Below are positions 38,632 to 48,921 of a stretch of 64,000 bases of DNA, piece after piece (the stretch's first letter is position 1; every line of letters starts with the position of its first letter). A program made the position numbers and the translations under genes. The stretch lies in IMG/VR virus record IMGVR_UViG_3300033984_000473, positions 62,001-126,000 of that record; one strand, given 5' to 3'. The notes beneath the pieces are model-generated. The model did not search any database. It was given only the letters and a program-made list of their open reading frames with translations, and was not told where the DNA came from.

Positions 38632-38888
38632 TATCGATTTGGATTTGTTCCACACCCACAACCCTTAGACCCAACATATTGAGCTTTGTTATAGACTGAA
38701 CTGGATAAATAATAATGTCCGTTGGTACCAATTGGTGGTGTAACAGATAGTCCACCGCCAGATGATTCAACACTCCAAGCCTTAACGACTTGACCATCAT
38801 TCATGTAGATAAGGTATTGATAAGCACCTTTCTTTTGACAACTGACTACCATTAACATAATGGCTAGTAATAATAAGATTTTTTTCAT
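38631..38888 (-). CDS. putative lipoprotein
   Basis: MKKILLLLAIMLMVVSC lipobox-like. Confidence 0.7.
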   Translation of the reverse strand: MKKILLLLAIMLMVVSCQKKGAYQYLIYMNDGQVVKAWSVESSGGGLSVTPPIGTNGHYYLSSSVYNKAQYVGSKGCGCGTNPNR

Positions 38889-38891
38889 AAT

Positions 38892-39146
38892 TTAAGGCAT
38901 TACCCAATATAGCTTTCCATGTTTGTAGCATACTGGTATGTTTGTTAATGGTTGTTCCAATGGTACTCGGTGTATAACTACTTCACCGTTAGGTGTTTGT
39001 ATCACTACCATTCTTGTTTTGTTCGGTGTTGGTATTGCGTAGGTTACTTCACCGTTTATACGGATTGATTCTTTACAGATATTTTCAAGGTTCACACAAG
39101 ATATGGTGAAAATAAAAAAGATTACGAAAGCATAAAGATATTTCAT
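38892..39146 (-). CDS. putative lipoprotein
   Basis: FFIFTISC lipobox-like. Confidence 0.6.
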   Translation of the reverse strand: MKYLYAFVIFFIFTISCVNLENICKESIRINGEVTYAIPTPNKTRMVVIQTPNGEVVIHRVPLEQPLTNIPVCYKHGKLYWVMP

Positions 39147-39391
39147 TATTGTTTGATTTGTTTTACGCTATTCATTACAGTATCAACAGCTAGTTGTAAG
39201 GCATCTTCTTTGATTACGTAGATTACGCTACCTTTGATATCGTAGTGATGTAGTTTGTTATCAACTGCCCACAGTACTCGGACAACATCAGCCATTTTGA
39301 TACACATCACTTCGATTGCAGTAATCTTAGTGATATGTTTCTCCATTGCTTTGGCAGACTTGATTTTAAATTTGTCGTCTATGTATTCCAT
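39146..39391 (-). CDS. hypothetical protein
   Basis: Operon context. Confidence 0.6.
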   Translation of the reverse strand: MEYIDDKFKIKSAKAMEKHITKITAIEVMCIKMADVVRVLWAVDNKLHHYDIKGSVIYVIKEDALQLAVDTVMNSVKQIKQ

Positions 39392-39951
39392 TAGTTCTGT
39401 CTACCATCATTCCATTCAATCCTAGGACAGTATTCACCATATTTAGCTTTGATAAACTCAATTGCCATGTTAGGTGTTTTTTCTTTAGGTTTTTCCCAAA
39501 TTCTGTACCCATTTTCATCGTATTTTATTCTACTATTAATGATGTATTCACGCCATGCTTTGATTCCTTGATAACCACCTATTATGATAGTAGCAATCCA
39601 TAATAAAATACCAATAGGTACAACTTTAGTACAGAAACCATACTTGGCATACGTTATAAAAAACGCCCCCACTGCTATAACCATAAAACTAGCCAATAAA
39701 ACTGCTACATACATAAGGAAACTCAAACCAAGTCTTTCACCAGTTTTATTGTCACCGTTGGAATAGTTTTTATCCAACAATTCAGTAAAAACTATCATTG
39801 GTAACGAGAAAATAGCATAAGGGATAAACAATATGTAAGCCAACACCAACTTCCAGAAATATGGACATAAGTTGTTAGGTAATTGTTTCACACGTTTAGC
39901 ATAAAACCAACAATATAATTTTGCACTAATAGAATTTGTATTCGCTTTCAT
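39391..39951 (-). CDS. membrane protein
   Basis: About 3 TM segments; own promoter. Confidence 0.8.
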   Translation of the reverse strand: MKANTNSISAKLYCWFYAKRVKQLPNNLCPYFWKLVLAYILFIPYAIFSLPMIVFTELLDKNYSNGDNKTGERLGLSFLMYVAVLLASFMVIAVGAFFITYAKYGFCTKVVPIGILLWIATIIIGGYQGIKAWREYIINSRIKYDENGYRIWEKPKEKTPNMAIEFIKAKYGEYCPRIEWNDGRQN

Positions 39952-40003
39952 AATTATTATTTTTAGATTAGATTACAAAGGTATGTATAATATTTGGAAC
40001 TAC

Positions 40004-40276
40004 CTAATTTTTTAACTTATTTTCTTTATCATAAAGTTCTGAACTTATATAATTACCATCTTTATCATAGTAATTCTTACCCCAGTCGCCAGTGTGTGGG
40101 TTGTCTATACCTCTATTTATCTCTGAATAGTAGGCAACATTGGTTGAGCAACCCGCAATGTCTAGGTTTGAGTGTTCAATCCCTTCTTCAATCCAATTAT
40201 CATCAGACCAAAGCGTGTGCCAACCATGTGTTCGTAGGTATTGGCTTTTTTCTTCGTAAGTCGGTTCGTTAGTCAT
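40004..40276 (-). CDS. hypothetical protein
   Basis: Operon context. Confidence 0.65.
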   Translation of the reverse strand: MTNEPTYEEKSQYLRTHGWHTLWSDDNWIEEGIEHSNLDIAGCSTNVAYYSEINRGIDNPHTGDWGKNYYDKDGNYISSELYDKENKLKN

Positions 40277-40679
40277 GGTATAATTTATCTGTTATTTTTT
40301 TTTTGATTTTATCAAACCATTCTTTACCAGATTCAGTTATACCATTTTCATCCCAATAATGGCTTGTATCGTGAAATTCTTGCAAATCAGTCCAGAAATC
40401 AAATTCGTGTCCTCTATATCTAGGTGACAACATTGGGTCAATATTACCAAATTGATAATTTTCATACAAAACAACAACACCCCAATCATTTTTTTGTAGT
40501 TTGTTACCTAACTTGAGGTATTTTGTCATAAGGCATCTACCCACAGCACAATGTGTTCCATCAGCACCATTATACACACAGTTGCTATCGGCATCCATTG
40601 AACGTCTTTTAGGGTCGGCAGTGTAAAACGCCAACGTTTCTTCAAGTATTTCTAACTTGGTTAATTTTTTATATCCCAT
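40269..40679 (-). CDS. hypothetical protein, tandem paralog A
   Basis: CVYNGADGTHCAVGRCLMTKY. Confidence 0.8.
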   Translation of the reverse strand: MGYKKLTKLEILEETLAFYTADPKRRSMDADSNCVYNGADGTHCAVGRCLMTKYLKLGNKLQKNDWGVVVLYENYQFGNIDPMLSPRYRGHEFDFWTDLQEFHDTSHYWDENGITESGKEWFDKIKKKITDKLYHD

Positions 40680-41076
40680 TGTAAGCTTCTTTTAATTCGT
40701 TAAGATTTTTAAGTCCTTCTTCGGTAAAACCTTCTTCATTCCAGAACTTACTACCATCATGAACACGTTGCATAGAACTCCAAAATTGTTTTGAGTGTCC
40801 TCTATAACGAGGAACCAACATTTCATCAAGCATATCGACTTTATTCATTTCAAGCAAATCGCTAATAACGTTTTGGTTTCCTTCCAAATTAGCACCCATT
40901 TTTTTGTATTTTGTCATAAGGCATCTACCAACAGCACAGTGTCTTCCACCACCACCATTATACATACAAGTATCTGGATTACCTTTAGGGTTCTTACCTC
41001 TCAATAAAGGATTTGCGATAAAAAAATCGAATGTTTCATTGATGATTTGCGTTTTGGTCATTTTAGTTTCTGACAT
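40669..41076 (-). CDS. hypothetical protein, tandem paralog B
   Basis: CMYNGGGGRHCAVGRCLMTKY. Confidence 0.8.
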   Translation of the reverse strand: MSETKMTKTQIINETFDFFIANPLLRGKNPKGNPDTCMYNGGGGRHCAVGRCLMTKYKKMGANLEGNQNVISDLLEMNKVDMLDEMLVPRYRGHSKQFWSSMQRVHDGSKFWNEEGFTEEGLKNLNELKEAYNGI

Positions 41077-41135
41077 AATAGTTTTTATTTATTGATTAGA
41101 TTACAAAGGTAATAATAATATTTGACACTACCAAA

Positions 41136-41363
41136 TTATTTCTTAAAAAGAATTTTAAATTCTATCTGTAACATTTTATTCATAATCGAAATTGTAAATC
41201 TAGTCATGTTTTCACTAAGATAGCTTTCATACATTCCCATTGATAAAATATGAACCAATACATCAATGAATAACAATAACCAAACAATCGGATATGTGAT
41301 TATAAAGAACAACCCTTTTATGATTGTCATTAACGCTAATTTAACTGTATCTCTTTTTCTCAT
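41136..41363 (-). CDS. small membrane protein
   Basis: Hydrophobic core. Confidence 0.6.
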   Translation of the reverse strand: MRKRDTVKLALMTIIKGLFFIITYPIVWLLLFIDVLVHILSMGMYESYLSENMTRFTISIMNKMLQIEFKILFKK

Positions 41364-41725
41364 TTTTTTGTTTTTTTATCTAATAAACGACTATCAATGC
41401 AGACATCTGTTTCTGCGTTAAAAATGCCAATCCAGATAGATTTTTCAGCGGGTCGGTTTACCATTAACCGATAGGTATTATTGGTTTTTGAATACGAATA
41501 TTTATCCCATTGACCGTCTGAATAATGCTTACTTATCAATTTTTTACCTCGATACTTTGATATTCGAGAAAGAATAACAATACCCGAAACATCATCCATT
41601 ACTTCTTGATGTGTTTCTTGCCCCAACTTATTGTATTGAATGTATCTAGTTAAAACACCACCAGTAAATTCACTGAATGTCTTGATTGTAAAGTCCTCAT
41701 AGTAAGTGCTTTCTTGCCTAATCAT
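41360..41725 (-). CDS. hypothetical protein
   Basis: Operon context. Confidence 0.6.
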   Translation of the reverse strand: MIRQESTYYEDFTIKTFSEFTGGVLTRYIQYNKLGQETHQEVMDDVSGIVILSRISKYRGKKLISKHYSDGQWDKYSYSKTNNTYRLMVNRPAEKSIWIGIFNAETDVCIDSRLLDKKTKK

Positions 41726-41853
41726 TAAAAAATCTTTTGGCTAATGGAAACCACTTCAATATTCGGCATCGATTCTTGGCTCTCTTGAAACCTTCTGCTC
41801 TCACCTTATCTTTTACCTCTTGTGGTGTTTCCTGTAAGATACGCTGTGCTGTT

Positions 41854-42348
41854 TTACTTCTCATTGGTTTTCTTGTTAGGAATCTCATAGTTCTTATCCA
41901 ACCATTCAAACAATTCGTTTGGTAAGATACAAGGATAAAAATCAATAAAATCGAATAGAATTTCTTCCCAATCATTCTCAACTGGTTCTGGCTCTGGCAA
42001 ACTTATCATGTTTGACAACGCATCTCTTGCGTGGTCGTTAAGTCTTTTGAATAATTCTTGACCTTCAAGTTTTTTAGCGACTTCTTTGATTCTCTCGTAG
42101 CTACCATCCAAAACAATTGCCATGTCTTCAAACTCACCGCCATTGTGTAGGTTAGGACAACTTTTAATATAGAACTCACATTCTTTATCAACCTTAGCCA
42201 AAGAGTATTGGTTTGGGTGTAATGATAATCTCTTGGTTATAATGATATCATTTTCAGTAGTTTGATACACTACATCCCATGTTAGTTCTGATATATCCCA
42301 GTTTGTATTAGGCAAATCGAATTTACCTTTTAATTTTGTTTGTTCCAT
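41854..42348 (-). CDS. hypothetical protein
   Basis: Own promoter. Confidence 0.7.
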   Translation of the reverse strand: MEQTKLKGKFDLPNTNWDISELTWDVVYQTTENDIIITKRLSLHPNQYSLAKVDKECEFYIKSCPNLHNGGEFEDMAIVLDGSYERIKEVAKKLEGQELFKRLNDHARDALSNMISLPEPEPVENDWEEILFDFIDFYPCILPNELFEWLDKNYEIPNKKTNEK

Positions 42349-42426
42349 TTTGTTTTATTTGATACAAAGGTACTAATTAAAATCCATATAAACAAAAAAA
42401 GAGAGTAAAATTTACCCTCTTTATTT

Positions 42427-42738
42427 TTATTCTATTTTCCAGTTAATATTTTTAGGATTGACAAACTTAGGAACGCTAGATGTTATCAAGTCGATAACAC
42501 AGTCACTAGCTGAATCAGAGATTACAACACTAATAACTTCGATTTCAACGAGGTTCTGGTAAACTTCCACAACTCTTACCTTTACGAAGATATTGTGCTT
42601 TAAACCATCCGTTGTGTCGTTTGAACTAAAGAATGTCAGAATGTCTTGAAGTACTCCTTCATCACCCTTGTTTGGTATTCTAATTTTTTTAAAAAAATCT
42701 ATGAATCTATCATAGAATGTTGTTTCTTTATTACCCAT
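42427..42738 (-). CDS. hypothetical protein
   Basis: Start corrected to MGNK. Confidence 0.7.
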   Translation of the reverse strand: MGNKETTFYDRFIDFFKKIRIPNKGDEGVLQDILTFFSSNDTTDGLKHNIFVKVRVVEVYQNLVEIEVISVVISDSASDCVIDLITSSVPKFVNPKNINWKIE

Positions 42739-42801
42739 AGTTTTATTTTGTAGGTTAGAGTACAAAGGTAGGAAAAAGATTTCAATCTACCAAATATTTT
42801 G

Positions 42802-43101
42802 CTAAATTATTTCACCTCTTTTTATTTCGTCTTTTCTATCCAATAGTTCTACTTCACGTTCAAGCCATTTTCTAATTTCAGCTTTGGTATAGGTTTCACT
42901 TTCAATGTTTTTCCAAAGGTTAAAAGCAAACCTAGGTTCTATCTTAACAAGTTCTTCACCAAATAACCAATACTTTTTGTAAATGGTAGTTGTTGTCCCT
43001 TGATAAAACTTCGTCCATTCAAAAGAACCATCTTCACCATTATCAATTATTACTTGATATTGAAATTCTTTTCCGTTTATTTTCAGTGGTTTTAGTATCA
43101 T
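42802..43101 (-). CDS. hypothetical protein
   Basis: Operon context. Confidence 0.7.
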   Translation of the reverse strand: MILKPLKINGKEFQYQVIIDNGEDGSFEWTKFYQGTTTTIYKKYWLFGEELVKIEPRFAFNLWKNIESETYTKAEIRKWLEREVELLDRKDEIKRGEII

Positions 43102-43349
43102 ACGTAATAGGTATATTCGTGGTAATGGTATTCGTTGGGTCTAGGTTGGGTGATTTCACCATGTCGGTTGCAATACACTTTGATTATTCGATGTTCTGCT
43201 TCAACATAAGAACCAAATTCCAACTCAACTAAATCACGATTTTCACCACCTTTAACGGTTTTCCAACCCCAGAAGGTTTTATATTGGATTTTCCATTTAA
43301 TCTTGGTTAAATCGTTTGCAGATACGGTAATTATTCTATACTTTGCCAT
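43098..43349 (-). CDS. hypothetical protein
   Basis: Operon context. Confidence 0.65.
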   Translation of the reverse strand: MAKYRIITVSANDLTKIKWKIQYKTFWGWKTVKGGENRDLVELEFGSYVEAEHRIIKVYCNRHGEITQPRPNEYHYHEYTYYV

Positions 43350-43687
43350 TAGTTCCTATCTTCTATGTCTTCTTTTAAATCATCAATAAAATCAGAAATT
43401 ACGTCAATATAAAACACACATTGAAGATTATGCCAAAACCCTTGTCTAGGTTGTGCAATAATTCTAACTATTCCGAAGAATATTATGATTCCTAATATGA
43501 TTAAAGCTATAACCATTTTTTAAAATCCAAATCAATTGGTCTTAAATAAGCCAATAATACTGCCATAACAACTCTCATTGGTATGAAACCACCAATACCT
43601 GTTAGTAATGCGAAAAATCCAACTACAAGTGATAGTAATACGTAGTAGATTGCGAATGTTATAAAGAATTTTTTCATAAGTTTTTTT

Positions 43688-43882
43688 TTAGTTTTCCCAG
43701 TCTTTGATTAAATAATATTTGACGATTGTTAGAATAAGATTTAACGGTGCAAATGTGACACCAAAAAGACAATGCGTGACAGCATCATCATCTTCGTTTT
43801 TATACCAGTTTCTTTTTTTACAGATGAATAAACCTAAGTTTATCCAAACAATTATAATAAGTATGATTTCAAGTGTGGTCAT
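43688..43882 (-). CDS. small membrane protein
   Basis: Likely start MTTLEII; ORF-track extension runs through a structured intergenic region. Confidence 0.6.
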   Translation of the reverse strand: MTTLEIILIIIVWINLGLFICKKRNWYKNEDDDAVTHCLFGVTFAPLNLILTIVKYYLIKDWEN

Positions 43883-44202
43883 TTTTATTTTTTTAAGTAT
43901 CGATGTCGAAGGCAACCAAAATGCAAAAAAAGATTGCCTTCTAACCGATTGTGATTCGTTGTCTTTCCAACTGTCTGTCTTCACCGCCAAACGCTAATCT
44001 AGTACTAGCACGTATGTAAGTCACCAAAACCCAAATTATGTCTAAGGAGTCGAGGGGGGTTTTTGGAGCCGATGGCGAGTGATTTCATTATCCGACAAGA
44101 TAAATCCCTAGCTAGTATTTCCCTCTATCCTATATATTGTTAGGGCTACCTACATCCCTTGTAGGTACTTTCCTCTCCCGTGTATAAGAGAACCCGATTA
44201 TC

Positions 44203-45192
44203 CTATGCTATGATTTTAGTGTCATGTGTAACTGTATTGAAGAAGTTTAAAGCTTTTTCATTTAAGTCACCACTAAATTGAACGTTGATAAGATTTGAAC
44301 CATTTGGTCTACCAACCAATTTTTTTCTTGGTTTCATTTCAACATTTTTCATGAATTTGTTTGAAGCATCAATCATCAAACCTAACAAGTCTTTCGTCTT
44401 GAATTTAAGACCAAACTTTTTCATTGCGTTTTCTTGTAACACATCTCTCAATTTGGTTGCGGGACAAGTTGTTGGATTTTGAGCAACTTCATTACCACAC
44501 ACAATATTAATAAATTGAGTTATACGTCTTTTGTTAAAGAATTTGTGCATTTGGTACACAAAGAATAAATGTGTATCTTGTGCATATTTACAATTCTTAC
44601 TCAAACCAGTAACGTATAAAACTGATTCCATCAATTCATCTTCATTTTTTTGAACGAAGTCAACAATTTCATCATTTGTAATTATATTACCAAATGCTTG
44701 AATGTTATTGAAACGATTTGTTTGGTGTAAAATGATGTAAGCCGATACAGATGCCAACAATTTTGAGTAATCTCTTTTCTTACCTTTTGCTTCTTTTAAA
44801 CCTAAGTTCATCATTTGAAGCGAATTAGCATGACTTCTTTTACGACCAGTATCTACTACTAACCTAGCTTTTGGGTCTAAGTTTCTGGCAACAATCATTT
44901 CAACAGGTACGTTTGATTTGACAATTGCACTCAATCTTTGCTGACCATCAGTCAATACATTGTTTGTGTCGATACCGACACCAACGTTTGTGGTAACGAA
45001 CGAACCGTTCACCATGCTTTGAGCAATACGATTAACCGTTGAATGACAAATCTTACGGTTTTGTGTATTTAAGCTTAATAACTCTGTTGCTCTTTGAGGT
45101 GTAATAAGCTCAAAAGCTACTGTACGAACTTTTTGTTTCGTGTACTTTCTTTTTGGTTTTTCAACTAATAATTTTTTTGTTGACATAGTCAT
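44203..45192 (-). CDS. ParB-N/DGQHR-like domain protein
   Basis: LLSLNTQNRKI...LTDGQQRLSAIVKS pattern. Confidence 0.7.
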   Translation of the reverse strand: MTMSTKKLLVEKPKRKYTKQKVRTVAFELITPQRATELLSLNTQNRKICHSTVNRIAQSMVNGSFVTTNVGVGIDTNNVLTDGQQRLSAIVKSNVPVEMIVARNLDPKARLVVDTGRKRSHANSLQMMNLGLKEAKGKKRDYSKLLASVSAYIILHQTNRFNNIQAFGNIITNDEIVDFVQKNEDELMESVLYVTGLSKNCKYAQDTHLFFVYQMHKFFNKRRITQFINIVCGNEVAQNPTTCPATKLRDVLQENAMKKFGLKFKTKDLLGLMIDASNKFMKNVEMKPRKKLVGRPNGSNLINVQFSGDLNEKALNFFNTVTHDTKIIA

Positions 45193-45269
45193 AACAGTTT
45201 TAAATTTAACATTACAAAGGTAGTCATAATTTTTTAAACTACCAAATTTCTTTCTCTTTTTTTTTCTTT

Positions 45270-45560
45270 TTATTTCAATTGATATTTTTCTTTCAATATC
45301 GAATCAACTTCACTAACTAATGTTTCAAACAAAGTTTGTATTTTTTTACAATCATGTGGTTTAATTAAATCATCAAACCCACGATTATTAACTCTTTGTA
45401 AAACATTTTTAACTTTCAACCCAGATAACATTAAATTCTCGTTGTCAGTTAAATGACCTCTCAAACGACCTTGTTTTAAAATCTTTGCTTTGTTTGGTCT
45501 TTTTCTAGTAGATGTTGTTAACTCATTTCGATTAACAACATTAGATACTTCTACATTCAT
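45270..45560 (-). CDS. hypothetical protein
   Basis: Own promoter. Confidence 0.6.
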   Translation of the reverse strand: MNVEVSNVVNRNELTTSTRKRPNKAKILKQGRLRGHLTDNENLMLSGLKVKNVLQRVNNRGFDDLIKPHDCKKIQTLFETLVSEVDSILKEKYQLK

Positions 45561-45636
45561 AATAATTAGTATTTTAGGATTAGATTACAAAGGTATGAAA
45601 TGTTTTTGACATACACAAGTTTTCCTTGTTTTTTTT

Positions 45637-46074
45637 TTAATTATTTCTAATTTCATTGATAACACTAGGAAGGATTGCTTTTAGATTAATTCTAAATCTA
45701 ACATTACTTGCATACTCACCCATGGATAATCTGTACGATGCACCCAATAATTCTTTTTCCTTATTTTTGATAAGGGTTTCATCGTTTTGTCCCAGAATTT
45801 TTTCTACTTCAAGGATTAATTCTAATTCTTGACGAGAATTAATTATCTTTTCTTTTTTACGGTCATTGACACCTATAAATAAGTTAAGTTCTTGTTTCGA
45901 TAATTCTTCAACAATCAACATACCAATAGCGTGAATTTTTTCAGAAGTAATTTCTACTTCGTTATGTGAAACAAAATATCTTTGAACAATAACGTGCCTA
46001 TCTTTATTATAGATAGTTAAATTATGTGTCTGATTTTTTTCTTTTTTTAACTTTTCCTCTAATGTCGATTTCAT
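45637..46074 (-). CDS. hypothetical protein
   Basis: ORF track. Confidence 0.6.
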   Translation of the reverse strand: MKSTLEEKLKKEKNQTHNLTIYNKDRHVIVQRYFVSHNEVEITSEKIHAIGMLIVEELSKQELNLFIGVNDRKKEKIINSRQELELILEVEKILGQNDETLIKNKEKELLGASYRLSMGEYASNVRFRINLKAILPSVINEIRNN

Positions 46075-46084
46075 TTTTTTATTT

Positions 46085-46549
46085 TTAATTAAACCATTCT
46101 GGTATTTCTCTGTTTTTCCAAACTGCTATGCTACGTTTCTCAACCATATAATAAGTTCTATATGCTTGAACTATATCATCATTTTTACATTCATCTGGCA
46201 TAGCTACTGCGAACTCGGTAATGTCACCATTGTCACGTAAATCGGGTTGGTTCATCAAACACCATTCAATGATGTCTTCCGACTTATGTCGTTTACCATA
46301 ACGATACGTGTATTCGGCACATAGTTCAAGACCCAAGTCACATAACCAAATGTAATTCTCAATACATTCACGTGTCCAAATGGCACATGGATGATTCTTG
46401 TGTGAAAGTTTATATGGTGCTTCACCACCCAACACCCAGTGTACACCACAAAGAAGTTGTGCAGTTTCAAGTATCATTTTTACGCAGTGCTTATCATTAT
46501 GATATTCAGCACATTTTTTCGGATTGGAATCTAATACAAATATATTCAT
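46085..46549 (-). CDS. pyrimidine dimer DNA glycosylase family protein (DenV-like)
   Basis: MNIFVLD...DKHCVKMILETAQLL...HKNHPC...AYRTYY. Confidence 0.85.
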   Translation of the reverse strand: MNIFVLDSNPKKCAEYHNDKHCVKMILETAQLLCGVHWVLGGEAPYKLSHKNHPCAIWTRECIENYIWLCDLGLELCAEYTYRYGKRHKSEDIIEWCLMNQPDLRDNGDITEFAVAMPDECKNDDIVQAYRTYYMVEKRSIAVWKNREIPEWFN

Positions 46550-46568
46550 AGGGCAAAGGTAGTAAAAA

Positions 46569-46838
46569 TTAATCTTCTTTCCAAATTTCTTTTGAAGAAT
46601 TATTCTCCTTTCCGTTAATTGTCCGTGTAATACCTAAGTTATTACCAAAAAGTAAACAGAAAATAGCGAAAACAACCCAACCATTGGTGTTGTACCATAA
46701 GAAACCATAACCCAAGGAACTTACAAATAGTTCAAACCATAATCGTTTTCTTTGTATCCTACGTTTCTTTGAAGCCATTCTTTGACTTAATTCATTTAAT
46801 TCGCCAAGCAATTCGTTTTTATCTTTTAAAGTACTCAT
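46569..46838 (-). CDS. membrane protein
   Basis: Two hydrophobic segments. Confidence 0.65.
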   Translation of the reverse strand: MSTLKDKNELLGELNELSQRMASKKRRIQRKRLWFELFVSSLGYGFLWYNTNGWVVFAIFCLLFGNNLGITRTINGKENNSSKEIWKED

Positions 46839-47170
46839 ATCTCTATTGGTTTTGTATTGGTATCATTCATAGAAGTATAAACATGAAGCTTTAATCTATT
46901 GTACTCATTGGTATCAGTAGCTTGTTCAAAGTTCATAAGCATTCTCATTTGTGCCAATTCGCCATAGTCTAACGATTTAGCGTTCTTACTAAATCTAACA
47001 CCATTGCCAGTGATAGTCATTTTCATAGCCAACTTACCTCTAATTCGAGAAGACCAGAAATCAGCCTCAGAATAGTGCAACGATAAGGTTCTACCATTCT
47101 TTCTTTCTCGCTCTATGATATTGTACTCGTGTTGTCCATTGTCCAAGACAACGTAGGTTTTATTCTCCAT
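46835..47170 (-). CDS. hypothetical protein
   Basis: Start corrected to MENK. Confidence 0.65.
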   Translation of the reverse strand: MENKTYVVLDNGQHEYNIIERERKNGRTLSLHYSEADFWSSRIRGKLAMKMTITGNGVRFSKNAKSLDYGELAQMRMLMNFEQATDTNEYNRLKLHVYTSMNDTNTKPIEI

Positions 47171-47384
47171 CTTTGATAAGTCTTTGAAGTTCGTTAAAGT
47201 CTGAATCACGTAATGCTTCATCTTCGTAATAAACATAGCTACTATAAGCCATTTCCTCTTTGAAGTCCACTTCTATTGAGAAGCCACTTACAGTACCCTT
47301 TTCAACTCTTGATACATTTCCTGGATTTTCCAAGATAAGCTTTAAGTCGTTTTTAAGTCCGATATTTAGTATTTTATTTTTCAT
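47160..47384 (-). CDS. hypothetical protein
   Basis: Own promoter. Confidence 0.7.
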   Translation of the reverse strand: MKNKILNIGLKNDLKLILENPGNVSRVEKGTVSGFSIEVDFKEEMAYSSYVYYEDEALRDSDFNELQRLIKDGE

Positions 47385-47421
47385 AGTACAAAGGTATGGA
47401 ATTAATTTAGATATTCCTAAT

Positions 47422-47727
47422 TTATTCGTATTTTATTTTCCCAATCCAAAATCCCTTATCGATGATGTCAGCGTTAGGTTCGCCAGTGGTGTAACCTTTA
47501 CTAATCAAAGCATCAATTTCGTATCTGAAAGAGATAAGTGGGTGATAAGGCAGTCTAAGACAACCAAAACGGTTAGCCAATTCTTCAATGATAACCATTG
47601 GTGGTTTTGTTTCCAACACTATATTGAAATAGTACCATATATTTGACAAGTGTTGGTGAGATAGCTTAGATATCTCCATTGTCGTTCCGTAGTGGGTTCC
47701 CCACATTGTTGGTTTTTTTTCAGCCAT
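47422..47727 (-). CDS. hypothetical protein
   Basis: Operon context. Confidence 0.7.
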   Translation of the reverse strand: MAEKKPTMWGTHYGTTMEISKLSHQHLSNIWYYFNIVLETKPPMVIIEELANRFGCLRLPYHPLISFRYEIDALISKGYTTGEPNADIIDKGFWIGKIKYE

Positions 47728-48077
47728 TAGTAATCTAATTTACATTCAAATTCTTCGGTAATAGGTTCTTCGGTTACAAAATACCCAATTCGATTGACAA
47801 GGTGATATCCACTAACGTAGTAGATTGTAGAACCACATTGACAAGCTTCACACTCACCAGAACAAGATTCATCATCACCTTCAAGTATAGTGATAACTCG
47901 GTTCTGTTTAGCCATTTCTATTACGAAATCAACTTCTTCACCAAAGGTTTCAAACATATGTCCGTTGAATGAACAAATGTCTTCGTTAGCAACCGTGTCT
48001 GGTTGTTTGGCTCTCTCAAAATGGTTGAATGCCAATTTGTATTTTTCGTCAAATTCTGTTTCGTCTATCTGTTTCAT
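47727..48077 (-). CDS. hypothetical phage protein
   Basis: FETFGEE...SGYHLVNRIGYFVT. Confidence 0.8.
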   Translation of the reverse strand: MKQIDETEFDEKYKLAFNHFERAKQPDTVANEDICSFNGHMFETFGEEVDFVIEMAKQNRVITILEGDDESCSGECEACQCGSTIYYVSGYHLVNRIGYFVTEEPITEEFECKLDY

Positions 48078-48087
48078 AGTTCTAATA

Positions 48088-48438
48088 TTAAATGAATCCT
48101 AAATATCTACTTGGTTTATCAAAACCTTCCAACGCCATGTACTCTTTCGCTCTAACCTCGGAAGTTCCTTCGGCAACGTATTGAGCCGTTTGAGCTTCTT
48201 TAAATCCTTTCATAAGGGTTTGTGCCACTTTCTTGGAATCAGCGTTTCTGGCATCGGTATGATACTCGTCAGAAGCCATGTGTTCCATCAATTGAAGTAC
48301 CAACCCAAATGCTGATTGTTGTAGTGTTCGGTGTTGGTTGCTGAATGATTGAATAAACTCTTGATACTTCTCTTTGTTGCTAGAGTTAACGAAGTCTGCT
48401 AACTCTGATGCTAATTCTTTACCTGTAAGTCTTGACAT
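48088..48438 (-). CDS. hypothetical phage protein
   Basis: HRTLQQS; own promoter. Confidence 0.8.
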   Translation of the reverse strand: MSRLTGKELASELADFVNSSNKEKYQEFIQSFSNQHRTLQQSAFGLVLQLMEHMASDEYHTDARNADSKKVAQTLMKGFKEAQTAQYVAEGTSEVRAKEYMALEGFDKPSRYLGFI

Positions 48439-48488
48439 GATAATTTGTTTTATTGATTAGAGTACAAAGGTAGATATAATAATTTAAA

Positions 48489-48920
48489 CTACCTAATAAT
48501 AATTGAGTTATTTTTAGTTGTTACCATTTTATTATTGTCAGTCGTTATCGTAACGGTTAAAATATATTCACCTTTTTCAACATTTTCAAATAAAAAATTA
48601 TAATTCTGTTTTAACCATTTGCAATTTTTGATGTTCTCATAAAATTCTTCACTATGGTTAGGTCTTGTAAACCCACTAAACGCAAAATAGTTATCACCAA
48701 CACTATATTGGACACCATCTATTTCCATAACCAAATCGTATTCTCTGGTTATCCTTACATTAAAATTTTTGTCATTGGTTGAGAACACCAAACACTTAGG
48801 CGGTATTACAATAAGCATTGACTTGGTTTTTTGTTCATAGGTAAGTGTAACGTTTTCAACCGTAATTGATTGTCCGAAACACATGGTAGATACCAGTAAA
48901 AAGAATAATAGCTTTTTCAT
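48489..48920 (-). CDS. secreted hypothetical protein
   Basis: MKKLLFFLLVSTMCFG signal-like. Confidence 0.65.
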   Translation of the reverse strand: MKKLLFFLLVSTMCFGQSITVENVTLTYEQKTKSMLIVIPPKCLVFSTNDKNFNVRITREYDLVMEIDGVQYSVGDNYFAFSGFTRPNHSEEFYENIKNCKWLKQNYNFLFENVEKGEYILTVTITTDNNKMVTTKNNSIIIR

Positions 48921-48921
48921 A

